DNA of 63,002 bases, filler included, from Octopus bimaculoides (Eukaryota), in the NCBI RefSeq assembly GCF_001194135.2. It is 4 parts of 4 records of this genome, joined end to end, with 100 filler letters (N's around TTAATTAATTAA, not from the genome) between each part and the next. Parts side by side here need not be neighbours in the genome. Positions count along the whole stretch, not along the records: positions 1 to 11,094 come from NC_068986.1; 3 more parts are not named here. One strand, written 5' to 3'. Shown one piece after another: positions 1-11,194 of the stretch. Below the pieces are notes generated by a model, which was given only the letters and a program-made list of their open reading frames with translations, did no database searches and had not been told where the DNA came from. The translations under genes were made by a program, and so were the position numbers. Within the stretch, counting starts at the first letter, position 1; each line of letters opens with the position of its first letter.

Positions 1-223
1 AAAGACACCATTTCGAGCGTGGCCGTTTTCGTGCGGGTGACACGTAAAAGCACCCGCTACACTCTCTGAGTGGTTGGCGTTAGGAAGGGCATCCAGCTGT
101 AGAAACTCTGCCAAATCAGACTGGAGCCTGGTGTTGCCATCCGGTTTCACCAGTCCTCAGTCAAATCGTCCAACCCATGCTAGCATGGAAAGCGGACGTT
201 AAACGATGATGATGATGATGATG
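1..223 (+). mobile_element. SINE 3' part with (GAT)n tail (local family D)
   Basis: ggcgttaggaagggcatccagctgta...gacgttaaacgatgatg. Related copies at about 2858-3060 (-), 13022-13184 (+) and 56205-56391 (-). Confidence 0.8.
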
Positions 224-820
224 AGAGCTATGATGAAGCTAATTGCTCTATGATACCACATGTTCTGCCATGTTAACCTTAAAAAAAAACCCAGAACAAT
301 TATCAATGCATTTAATTTTATTCACAATTTTGGAAGATGACAAGGGATATTGCCTAAAACTCCTGAATATATATATACATTAACAAGACAGAGCAAATGA
401 TTGAAAAGAATCCATAAATTATATACAAGTAGAGGTTAATCATTTGTTGAATCCTGGATTAGTTAGTTTGGTGGATTGAAAGGAATGATAGCAAAAGGAG
501 TTGGTCTGTAACAATTTTTCTTTATATATATATCTCTAGATATATAAAATATTTAAAAACAGGATTTTGATACTGGCCTCAGTATCTATGTTGTAATCAC
601 TTGAGTAAACTGTTAAATGACGATCAGTTAGAAAAAGAATTTACAAACACACACCCTCAGTATAAACATACACACACACACACACAACATATTTCTGGAA
701 AAAGGTGATTCTGTCGCTACTCAGAGTTTTTCACTGTGTGTGATCATTCTGATGACAAAAAGAATGTTTTATCACCTAAACATATATATATTCTTTCATT
801 TGTACCTCCAAATGATTGTA

Positions 821-876
<56 letters not shown>

Positions 877-1886
877 CAGTCCATTCGTTGGAGGACTTTG
901 CTTGTCAACTTGCACAATTTATGAAGAGAATGGCTTTGAGTTATAAAGGCAAAAATAAAAACAACAAAAAGAAAAACAAAAGAAAAACTATGTTGACATA
1001 TGTATGACTGTGTATTGTATAAGTGTACATGTTTTAATTTGTATCACTGTTGTAATTATTTTATATTATGCTATTTGCAACGGGTATTAAGTACAAAATA
1101 CCAAGCATATTAGAAAAAAACTCCAAACCTTTCTAAATATTATACTTTCTCCTTTAATGCTTTCGAGTGAAAGCAACAGCTATTTTCAACATGATGAACT
1201 GTTATATACACCTAGAGGTATAATTTAGTGGTTGCAGCTTAGTTTGGATTCAAGCAGCTTTATTTCAATGTTGATGTGATGCAGATGAGAACAAATTATT
1301 TATGTATTTGTTTATTTTTTAATCCCCATAATCTTACATGGTACAAAAAAAAGAAAAAAAGCTACCATCCCACAAATAGAATATACCAATTAAAATTCCT
1401 ATAAGCAAAATAAGTTGAGACAGTTCATCCCACTCATTTTTAGTGCCTTCTTCCCACTTTTTTTTTAATGCAAAAAGAAAAGAAAATGTATTTATCCTAT
1501 AAGTTAAACATAAGGTAATTACTACCAAGAATGTAGCACAAAATGACCCAAAGACCCAGTCTTTGGCTATTACAAGAATGCTCTTAAAAAATAAGGAACA
1601 ATGGGGAAAGAAGTATTTTTATAATGACTGCAACAATCTTTTTCTTTTCCCTTTTATAGCTTAGTTTTTGTAGAGTTTTGGTTTTCAACAAGTTTATGTA
1701 AATTAAATTTGTACACATTTTTAGACAAAAGGTTTTGTCTGTATTTTTTAATGAATAATACCAAATATATATATATATATATACATATACAAAAGAGGGA
1801 AGATTTCATGAACATGGACTGTTAGCATAAATCTTAACATTTTGTTAAAATAAGACCTTAACATTGTGTGTGTGTGTGTGTGTGCA

Positions 1887-1944
<58 letters not shown>

Positions 1945-2378
1945 TGTTGTGCCAGAGCCAGGCTTACAAGTATACAGAATTTTTCAAGTGGGAGAAGAAA
2001 ACAAAAATAAAAAAGTAAAAGAAAACAAGGCCTCTTGGACTAGATTCTTCAATTTGGTAAGGTATAGATTTTATCTTTCTCATTGATTGAAAATAACATT
2101 TTGTTTTCTTGGCTGTTTTATTTAATTATTTGTTTGTTTGTTTATTTATTTTGTCTTATTTCCATTCTCTCTCCTGCACCTAAAAGATATTCCATAAACA
2201 TATGGTCCGGTTTTAACACATACAATCTTGGTTTCATTGTCAAGAATCTGTAGGGAAGCTTGAAAATCTGACTCATTGTTTAAAATCATTTTCCTCCCTA
2301 CCTAACATATTGATCTTCTCAGCATGTTTCTGGTCACAAATTACCTCATGTGTTTAATTCTAACTGGTCATGCAAATG

Positions 2379-2597
2379 CTATGTTCCAATGGCTTCACCA
2401 TATTTTATTCTCTGTCCAGGCTCCACGTTGAATGTAAAATCCTTAGGAGCCTCAAAAATAAGAACAATGGTGGAACCTAAATTGAATTCACCAAAGAGAT
2501 CACCTTTCCCAACTTGAATTCCAGGACTTTGTTCATTTGGTAAATACTTGTCAGTGTTATTACCATCTGGTTTTTTCCATGTATTTGTGGCAAGTTC
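2379..2597 (-). CDS. PISD: Phosphatidylserine decarboxylase proenzyme, terminal coding exon (ELATNTW...GEFNLGSTIVLIFEAPKDF...GEAIGT*)
   Basis: Translation contains the PSD hallmark GEFNLGSTIVLIFEAP. Acceptor ...ctgttacAG at 2599-2598, phase 0, TAG stop at 2381-2379. 219 nt = 73 codons. Confidence 0.95.
   Translation of the reverse strand, partial: ELATNTWKKPDGNNTDKYLPNEQSPGIQVGKGDLFGEFNLGSTIVLIFEAPKDFTFNVEPGQRIKYGEAIGT
2469..2480 (-). other. PISD: LGST autocatalytic cleavage / pyruvoyl-forming site of PISD
   Basis: TTA GGT TCC ACC on the minus strand. PSD proenzymes self-cleave at G|S (established), predicting a 31-aa alpha subunit STIVLIF...AIGT. Confidence 0.9.
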
Positions 2598-3236
2598 CTG
2601 TAACAGGTAGAACAAGTATTCATAAATACAATGTCATAACAATTAACCACAGTTGTACATCAAAAAAAAAACATTCTAACATTAACACAAGTACACTAAA
2701 TTCTTTGTCTGAAATAAATTCACAGCACCTTGGGCAAGTGTCCTCTGTTATAGCAAGAGATCAGCTGAAGCCCTTTGAATGAAATTTGGTTGATGGAAAC
2801 AACATAGAAGCCTGTTGGAGGGAATATTCTAATTTGTGGACAGTAAGCTCAAATCTGTCCTCCTCCTCCTCATTGTTTTACATCTGCTTTCCCTGGTTTG
2901 GGTTAAAGGAGTCAGCAGGTATTCAGGGTTTCTAGACATGTTAAGGAACTTGTCTTGCTTGGATTTCATTCTTAGTATGGTTTCTACAGCCGGATGCCCT
3001 TTCTAATATCAGAGTGTACAAGGTGCATTTTTCAAGGCACCAGTATGAGAGAAGTGTCAACAGGACCAAAAGGGCCCATACAACCTCAACAAATTTGTTT
3101 AGCACACAATATGACAAAGTCATCAACACCATAAGAATTCATTTGTTTCTATTGATAAAAGCATCATTTAATTTTATACAAAAGTGAAACTACTAAAGCA
3201 AAACATTGAAATATATGCAAAACATATGAAACTTAC

Positions 3237-3397
3237 ATGATCATTATAGATACGGATGGAACCGACGTTGGTAGCCCCTACAGCGGTCATCGAAAAAAAT
3301 CCATGTTTCCAAAGTCCGACATACATAGCACGTTCATTAAGGTTGAACAGTCCTTTGATCCACCGTGCCATACCGGGATGTACACTCAGTAATTCAC
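3237..3397 (-). CDS. PISD: PISD penultimate coding exon ([23 protein letters not shown]...[22 protein letters not shown])
   Basis: Conserved PSD motifs NER and [10 protein letters not shown]. Acceptor tttccAG at 3399-3398 (phase 1), donor GTAAGT at 3236-3231 (phase 0). Joins both neighbouring exons in frame. Confidence 0.95.
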
Positions 3398-4333
3398 CTG
3401 GAAACGTAAACAAAACAATTAAAAATCAGTGAAAAAATATTGCTGGCAGCAAAAAGTAAAAATGCTTCATGCATATTGCCTTGAAGTATTGTTTCTATGT
3501 TAATTGTTGCACATAATTTGAATATTTCTTCTGTTTTGTCAGCAAAAATGTAAAGAAATTGAGGGATAATCAGTATGTATGGAGTTGTAGCGAGCTCAGC
3601 TGATGGAAAGTCAATCTATTGGACAGAGGTGTATTAAAAAAAGCGAACTAAATAATGTTTTGTCTCTGATATACAAAAGAGACAGGATGATCATGGCTGG
3701 AATGCTTTTGATCATAATACAGGGCTGTTGTTTAATCCAGGTCAAAGGACTAACCAGCATCTGGTTGGTACTTATCAACTGAGTAGACTGGAGCAAGATG
3801 AAATGAAGAGGCTCACTCAAGGACACAACACATTACCTCCTCCAGAAATCGAACCCATGACTCTATGATCATGAGTTTTACACCCTAACCACTAGGCCAT
3901 GCACTCACTTACACACACACACACAATTTCACTGGGTTAGTCTAAAAGAAAGGGTTGTGCCCATAGCCTTTACAGGCTCCCTCACACCATTGAGACTGAC
4001 TTGTTGAGGAAAGCTCTTATGGACAAATCGTTAACAACACGGATCACCATCAATTTTTTTTTTTAATGATGGATTTTATCCAGAAACATACCATGATCAA
4101 AAAATATAAAATGGTTATGAGAAGAATGCCTTTCATCATATATCTGTTGGATCAGGTTCAGTCTTGGACTAAACAGCTACAAAAACAACAACATGTTCCC
4201 AGATTCAATAAAGTATCTGTTACCAAGCAACAACATTAGTGCAAAAAAAAAAAAAAAAAATTACAAAATACAAAACAAAAAAATGCAACAAAATGTGAAA
4301 GGCAAACGTAAACAAAAACTATGTCCAACCAAC

Positions 4334-4754
4334 CTGGAAAATGTCTTCTGAAGTAAACTATCCAGTCTGTAGGGGAATGAAAGCGGTGATAGTCTCCAGG
4401 TGCCAAGTAAATAACACAATGATATAATACATTATCTGGATGGATCAGCTGGGAAAGAATCTTCTGGTTTTGGTCAATGTGGGCATTTACATTATTATGA
4501 CTGTTGTTTATGTCCTCTCGAAGAGATGATGATGACAAAGAGGAGGAAGAGGACATTGATGAAGAGTCTGGCGAAGATGATTGGGAGGAGGATGATGATG
4601 ATAATGAGGATGAAGATGACGATGATAAAAATGGGGATTTCCAACTGACTGGTCCAATGAAACCCTCAACAGAAAAGTTCACTCCTTTTACTTGCTTGAT
4701 AACACCATTCTCCACTCGACCGAAATGTGTGATGGTACCATCTGAAGGACTTGT
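4334..4754 (-). CDS. PISD: PISD internal coding exon (TSPSDG...QVKG...[Ser-rich insert]...[21 protein letters not shown]...RRHFPG)
   Basis: Contains SPSDG (triad Asp) and [13 protein letters not shown] (triad His). Polypyrimidine tract and cAG acceptor at 4756-4755, donor G|GTTGGT at 4333. 421 nt, phase 0 to phase 1, matching the next exon. Confidence 0.95.
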
Positions 4755-6011
4755 CTGCAAAGTATAAAGAGAAAAGGACAATTACTAACAAGAAAAAGGT
4801 AAATAGTAATATCACAATTTCTTTTTTCTATCTTTTAGTCAGAAAGAAAAGTAGTCCCTATGACTTTTTAGAAAGCCCCTGAGACTGGTGGTGGAGAGGA
4901 GAGAGAGAGGAAAGTATTCTTACACCCCGAGACCTGGCTTAAGGACTTTGGGACCTTAACTCCTGATGGAATTGTAGGGGCACTGCTGTGATATACAACA
5001 TGTCTTGAAGTCAATTCTTTTTCAAGTCTGACCAGAGGATTTCTTTCACAAAGAGAGAGGAACAGATAAAAGCAAGATAAAGAAGAACCGATGCCAAATA
5101 TCTATATCTGTCTATCTATCTATCTGGATGGATGGATAGATATGTGTGTGTGTGTGTGTGTATGTGTTGACCAATTTACTCTTCTACACTTATAGACTAC
5201 AATGGGATTTGGACTTGGAATGCAAGGTATCTGGTCTGGGCAACTTTCTTAGAGTTCTGGCAACTCACCACCCTAGATTGATATATTTTTATTACTCCCA
5301 AAATATTAAAGGCAAAGTTGGCTTAAGTGAGATTTGAACTCAGAGCACAAAGAGCCAGAACAACAACCACGAGGTTTTCTAGCCAACAAAAATTGTAGCG
5401 CAGCAACATGAGAGATAATCATAGAGAGGAAGAAAAACATAGAAATCAGAACTGAATAATAGGTTAACAAATTATACCAATTAATTCTAAACTAAGTTAC
5501 CAGAACTATTCATTAACTTTTTTTTTTATATACACCTTGGTTTATATAATTTCACTGAGAAATCGGCTTAGACTGTTTTATACTTATGGATCAAACTAAG
5601 CAATGCTAATTATGCTACAAATTCAGTCATTTGCATAAATAATTGGCACATGCATTCATAAATGGATAGTATTTGCAATTCTAACCACTCAACAACGAAG
5701 TGAGACGGCTGCTTACTTTAACTTAGATGGATTTAAAGAAATGCTGATACTGTTTAGCCCATGGCAGGATCTGATCAAGCAAAGAAACCTGTGATCAAAG
5801 TATTCCAACATTCTTCATGCCTTCTCATTTTCAGACAGTGTATCTAGAGTTACGAACTGCATTGCGGTCAACTTGTTCAAGAGAAAGATGACTCCAAATT
5901 ACAGACAGGGTCACTAGAGCCAGTATCACGACAGAAAATATACTGAACCCTTGCCGTAAAGTAGGTGAGGTTTTTCAAGACTCATCCAACCCATGTATTT
6001 GGTAAAAAGAA

Positions 6012-6230
6012 TTAACCCTTTAGCATTTAAACCGGCCTTATCCGGTCCAAATAATCCACCAGTTTTATAATCAAACCAGCTAGATTTGGCCTTTCATACA
6101 GATCCTACAATGTCGTTCTAAAAATAAACAATTACATCATCAAAATCTCAGAGTTACAAGATGATGCATGATTAATTCAAAACTGAATAGACATTACACT
6201 TGACAGAGTAATCTGAATACTAAAGGGTAA
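6012..6230. mobile_element. About 220-bp MITE with TTAA-type ends (piggyBac-like termini)
   Basis: Starts TTAAccctttagc and ends ctaaagggTAA (terminal inverted repeats). A second, inverted copy is at 17179-17395. Confidence 0.75.
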
Positions 6231-6532
6231 AATACAATGAAAGACAGATAGAGAGGGAAATAACATAATTCTAATAAAAAACAAAATGATTTTTTAATTG
6301 CCTTTGATAACTAAAGATGAAAACTGATAAATTAAAGTCTTAATCTGTCACTGTTGCAAGAAGCAACTCTTTCAAATAATCCTTATAGACATGGCAGTGT
6401 GCGTGTGTGCATATGCACGTGCGTGTGTGTGTGTATGTGTCCTTGTGCACACGAGTTTAGAAAGTACCAAAGCTTTGAGGCGATGAGTCAGTAGACGTGT
6501 TGAGAACAAGACAGAATGACATACATGTTTCT

Positions 6533-6592
<60 letters not shown>

Positions 6593-7608
6593 AAGTATGA
6601 TATATGCAGTCAGACACATACATATNNNNNNNNNNNNNNNNNNNNNNNNNNNNNNNNNNNNNNNNNNNNNNNNNNNNNNNNNNNNNNNNNNNNNNNNNNN
6701 NNNNNNNNNNNNNNNNNNNNNNNNNNNNNNNNNNNNNNNNNNNNNNNNNNNNNNNNNNNNNNNNNNNNNNNNNNNNNNNNNNNNNNNNNNNNNNNNNNNN
6801 NNNNNNNNNNNNNNNNNNNNNNNNNNNNNNNNNNNNNNNNNNNNNNNNNNNNNNNNNNNNNNNNNNNNNNNNNNNNNNNNNNNNNNNNNNNNNNNNNNNN
6901 NNNNNNNNNNNNNNNNNNNNNNNNNNNNNNNNNNNNNNNNNNNNNNNNNNNNNNNNNNNNNNNNNNNNNNNNNNNNNNNNNNCATACTGCAGCCACATGC
7001 ATGTATACACTTGCACACATGCTTAACTGCTGCAGCATTGTAGTTCATGCTGCACCGACACGTGACTGTTAATGTATGTCTCAGTGAACAGTCGTTCTTT
7101 CTATTTTCTTCTTCTACTTAGAAACAGTTGAGAAAAAAAAAAAAAGAAAAAACTACAAAATAATTTTTAAAAACCCTAACCAAAGGAAATCAATAAAATG
7201 TTTCAAACATTACTGCTAGAAAAAATATAAAAGAAAAAAATACATATTAGAACAGCATCACCGCACTAACTTCACTCTACTTGTGGACACGGGCTGCCTT
7301 CATTTTTCTTCACCTACAACTAGTCTTAGTCTCCGCCCACAACCTCACTCCCACCAGGCCAACTATGCAGCCTGGATCTCTGTAGTACTGGCATGTAAGG
7401 GCCACTGTTTTATACTAATTAGTTATTTTCAAGAGGAGAAAAACATAAATTGAAAACAACAGTTCAATTTTGTAACAGTTCACGTGTCCTACTAAGTTTA
7501 TTACCTTCAACACTGTTACATTTAATTCAATTCGTTATCACCAGTGATCATGTAATAAATTCGCATTTCAGTTTTCTACTCAGCTGTTTGGCTGGTAAAG
7601 GTACTAAC

Positions 7609-7742
7609 CTTGTGGAGCTCAGTGCAGCAAACAAAAAGCAGTAAAGATAAAGAGTTTGAGGCTGAAGAAAAGGTATTTCAGAACGGCTGACAACAGCCGT
7701 GTCACTAAGCCAACACAAGGAGCCATTGTGCAGATGCTCGAT
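7609..7742 (-). CDS. Candidate upstream exon, possibly PISD N-terminal region (IEHLHNGSLCWLSDT...QTLYLYCFLFAALSSTR)
   Basis: ttctgcAG acceptor at 7744-7743, AG|GTTAGT donor at 7608, one fully open frame with a hydrophobic stretch. No diagnostic PSD motif. Confidence 0.3.
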
Positions 7743-8150
7743 CTGCAGAAATAGCAGCCAAATATCCTTCCACTCACACCTCTCAAAATAAATAAATAAA
7801 TAAAGGGTATATCTGACACATGTAGCCAATAAATACACTTAGCATCAATAACTTTTGCAATCAATAGGGAATAGAAGATAATTTTTATTGAGCCATTTCA
7901 ATGTTTACATTTCCAAACTGGAACATGTTGGAATGGAGCTTTAAGACAGTCTCTCCTTGTACCTCAAACCTGCACATCCATCTCTGAAGACTAGTGTTTT
8001 CAAATCTGACCTAACTCTTTTTCCCCCAAATTTCCTTGGTTCAATTTCATTGTCGGGTACACCACCACTTTTTTCACCCAGTGTGTATCAACCATTTGAA
8101 TGTAGACCCCCTACCAGCATACAACACAATGTATAAAAGGATGGGACGCA

Positions 8151-8217
8151 CTGTACTATAGCCTTGGGCCAAACAAAGCTTTGTGAGTGGACTTGGTAGA
8201 TGGAAACTGATAGAAGC

Positions 8218-8258
<41 letters not shown>

Positions 8259-8486
8259 ATGTATGTATGTATGTATGCCTGTGTTTGTACCCGTGCCATC
8301 GCTTGACAACCAATGCTGATGTGTTTATGCCCCTGTAACTTAGCAGTTTGGCAAAAGAGATTGATAGAATAAGTACTAGGCTTACAAAGAATAAGTCTTG
8401 GGGTTGATTTCTTTGGCTAAAACCCTTTAATGTGGTGCTCCAGTATGGCCACAGTCAAATGACTGAAACAAGTAAAAGAATAAAAG
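8151..8486 (+). mobile_element. 5'-truncated bipartite SINE (family A/C) with internal (TA)/(TG) microsatellite
   Basis: tatagccttgggcc...ggaaactga..gaagccc, then microsatellite, then gcttgacaacc...gactgaaacaagtaaaaga. Confidence 0.8.
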
Positions 8487-10377
8487 TTAAACTAACAGAT
8501 TCAGTGCCAAACTAAGTAACACAGAACTCTATGGTTAACTGTATAATCTTTGTATCTCTACATTTCACTTTGGTAGAATTTGACCTCTAAAATATCAGAG
8601 AATAAGCTGCCATAAATCTTCAAAGGGAGTTTTCTGAAGTTTGGACTCAATGACATCACTTAGTCCAAATTAACAGAACCATATGATCTCTCAACCACTG
8701 ATGATCATGGCTGAAATAAATGCGTTTGACCATAGGCCTGCTCAATCAAGTCTTTGTTACAGCTAACAATGACTTCAGTCAAGCCAATAAAGGAGCTTCT
8801 GTACAGTCAACTGACCTGCTAGAAATAGCGGCTAAATTTCCATCAAATTATACCATACCTTCTTAAAAGGAAGAAGCAAAAGACACAAAAAATAGAATTG
8901 TCAGAATAAACGATGGGATTGTCACAATTGGAAGCCTTTGCTTGAACCGAAATGACCAAAGGCTAGACAACATAAATTTAGTATAAAATACCATCCTAAT
9001 CTCGTTTCCTCTGGTATATTTCAGTGCAAATGCTATCATATTTAGTTTTAGTCTATAGCTAAGATGATGTTGACCAGGAGAGAGAGAGAGAGAGTAGTAG
9101 TAGATTCAATCCTATTTGATGGCCTGAAATAATCAATCCCCAGTGAGAGGGGTGGAACAAAAACACTGTAATCTCTTTTCTTGGTTTATACACTGATAAG
9201 TGCACTACTGCACCTAGAATGAAACTTGGAAGGCAACTGAACAGCAGCCAAATTCAGAAGAAGATAACCTCATTATATCGTTAATACATTTCAATAATCT
9301 GAGAGAAGTTAAACATCACAAGGATTACATTTCTGTTTCTCTTTTTTTATCAAACCAGTGCTTAACAGAAAAAAAAAAAAAACTCCTTTACATTTAAAAA
9401 TACAATTCCTTTTTTTTCTCTCATCACTAAACAAAATTAATGAGGGAGTCTCTTTTTGGTCATTTGAATTGCAAAAAAAAACAGTAACTAAATCACAGTT
9501 TAATGTCTTAAATATGGAAGCACACATGGGCACATCGAGGTCATGTTTCCTTCAAACCCTACCCTTAAATATCTTAAATGTGGAAGAACACATTAGTATA
9601 TTGGAGTTAGGTTTTTCTCAAATAGCACAGAAGTGCACATTAAATAATAGTCTTATATACACTATGTCAGGGGTGGTAGGAGGGTACAGAAAAGCATTGG
9701 CTATGACACCTTTGCTCAAAGGTGTGCTTAATTAGGACAGAGCTAATAGAAACCGATAACAATAAATGAGTACAGACACCTTTTGAGTACAGACATCGTC
9801 CACAATACAGAAACACTGTGTTCCTGAAAATTCTGCCCATTATGTGAGACCTATTTTCCAGTGGTTTTCATATTAGAATATGGAAGTCAATGGGAAACAT
9901 GTTCTGTATTACGGAATTCTTCAAACAGCAAGATTTTCAGGAACACAACAGTTCCACAACACAGGAAATGCCTGTATCACAGGCAACATTTTCTGAAGAT
10001 GATATTATTTAATCAAAAGCACAGAAAAATATGAAGTTTTTTAGTACCATTATTTATATCTATAAAGTGAACGCCAACGTCTTTTGTCTTGATTTATAAT
10101 ATCCACAGAAATAAGAAATGAAAGAAATCAAATCTTAGTATTCTACAATACAAATCAGCATAAGAAATCATTGGACATCAACACAATCATCATCATATTT
10201 CTAATGATATATACCATCCGGGTGATCCAATCATTTTTTTTAATAAAGTAATCAAGAATTTGTATGTTAAACAGCTGAACTGCTAGGCTTTTCACTTATG
10301 CAGGATATAAACAAGTTTCACTGTCCAAGTGGTGTCAATGCAACAACATGCAAAAACATGTGGAGATAAACACACAC

Positions 10378-10408
<31 letters not shown>

Positions 10409-10568
10409 TTCCATATGTTTTAATGTAGTGGACTCTGAAATATCTAAGTAACCGTTTTTGGTTGTCACAGAAACCTAGAACTGTAATAGAAAATAGCCTT
10501 GACATCTACAGTTGGCTGTCACTCAGCTGTATATGAAAAAAAAAGAAGAAAAAAGCACCTTGACATAT

Positions 10569-10800
10569 ACTCTTTTACTTGTTTCAGTCATTTGACTGCG
10601 GCCATGCTGGAGCACCGCCTTTTAGTCGAGCAAATCGACCCCAGGACTTATTCTTTATAAGCCTAGTGCTTATCTTATCGTTCTCTTTTGCCGAACCACT
10701 AAGTTACAGGGACGTAAACACACCACCATCGGTTGTCAAGCGTTGGTGGGAGGACAAACACAGGCACAAACACACACACAACACACATATATATATATAT
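10569..10800 (-). mobile_element. 3' half of family A/C SINE
   Basis: tactcttttacttgtttcagtcatttgactgcggccatgctggagcacc..., near-identical to 55226-55450. Confidence 0.8.
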
Positions 10801-10801
10801 A

Positions 10802-10892
10802 CTAGCAGAAATACCCGGCGTTGCCCGGGTTAAAGAGAATAATGAAATCTAAAAACGCCGTCTAGACTACGCATCATCTTTATATATAGAGA
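10802..10892 (-). mobile_element. 91-bp non-autonomous Helitron
   Basis: Minus strand reads A|TCTCTATATATAAA...acccgg gcaacg ccgggt atttctgCTAG|T: 5' TC, 3' CTAG, subterminal GC hairpin, A/T insertion site, no TSD. Confidence 0.75.
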
Positions 10893-11094
10893 TGTATATA
10901 CACACACGCACCCAAACACACGTATATATATGTATATCAATATAAATATATGAAAGTCAATGAAGTTTCGTAAAAGAAGGTGATCATGTACATACTTTCT
11001 TGCTGTTGTGATTATAACACCTCATTGTAAACTATGTTCCTTGTTTTCCCTTGTGGAGCATATACAAATAGGTTTTTTGTTGCTGCCCACTCTT

Positions 11095-11194
11095 NNNNNN
11101 NNNNNNNNNNNNNNNNNNNNNNNNNNNNNNNNNNNNNNTTAATTAATTAANNNNNNNNNNNNNNNNNNNNNNNNNNNNNNNNNNNNNNNNNNNN
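11095..11194. other. Artificial scaffold linker N44-TTAATTAATTAA-N44
   Basis: Exactly 100 bp with the same structure at 25561-25660 and 52885-52984. Confidence 0.95.

Noticed and set aside
4504-4767. Acidic D/E-rich plus-strand ORF
   Set aside because: Antisense reading of the PISD poly-Ser tract.
4915-5060. Open minus-strand frame ending at a GTAAGA donor, with LKPG in another frame
   Set aside because: Phase is incompatible with the phase-0 PISD exon at 4754 and it lacks the EFFxR motif.
7290-7404. GC-richer minus-strand segment reading ...RSRLHSWP..., faintly like a vertebrate PISD isoform
   Set aside because: Weak acceptor, wrong order relative to the 7609-7742 candidate, and an early stop. 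Likely coincidence.
11139-11150. TTAATTAATTAA as a homeodomain site or piggyBac footprint
   Set aside because: Centred in exactly 44+44 Ns three times, so it is an assembly linker.
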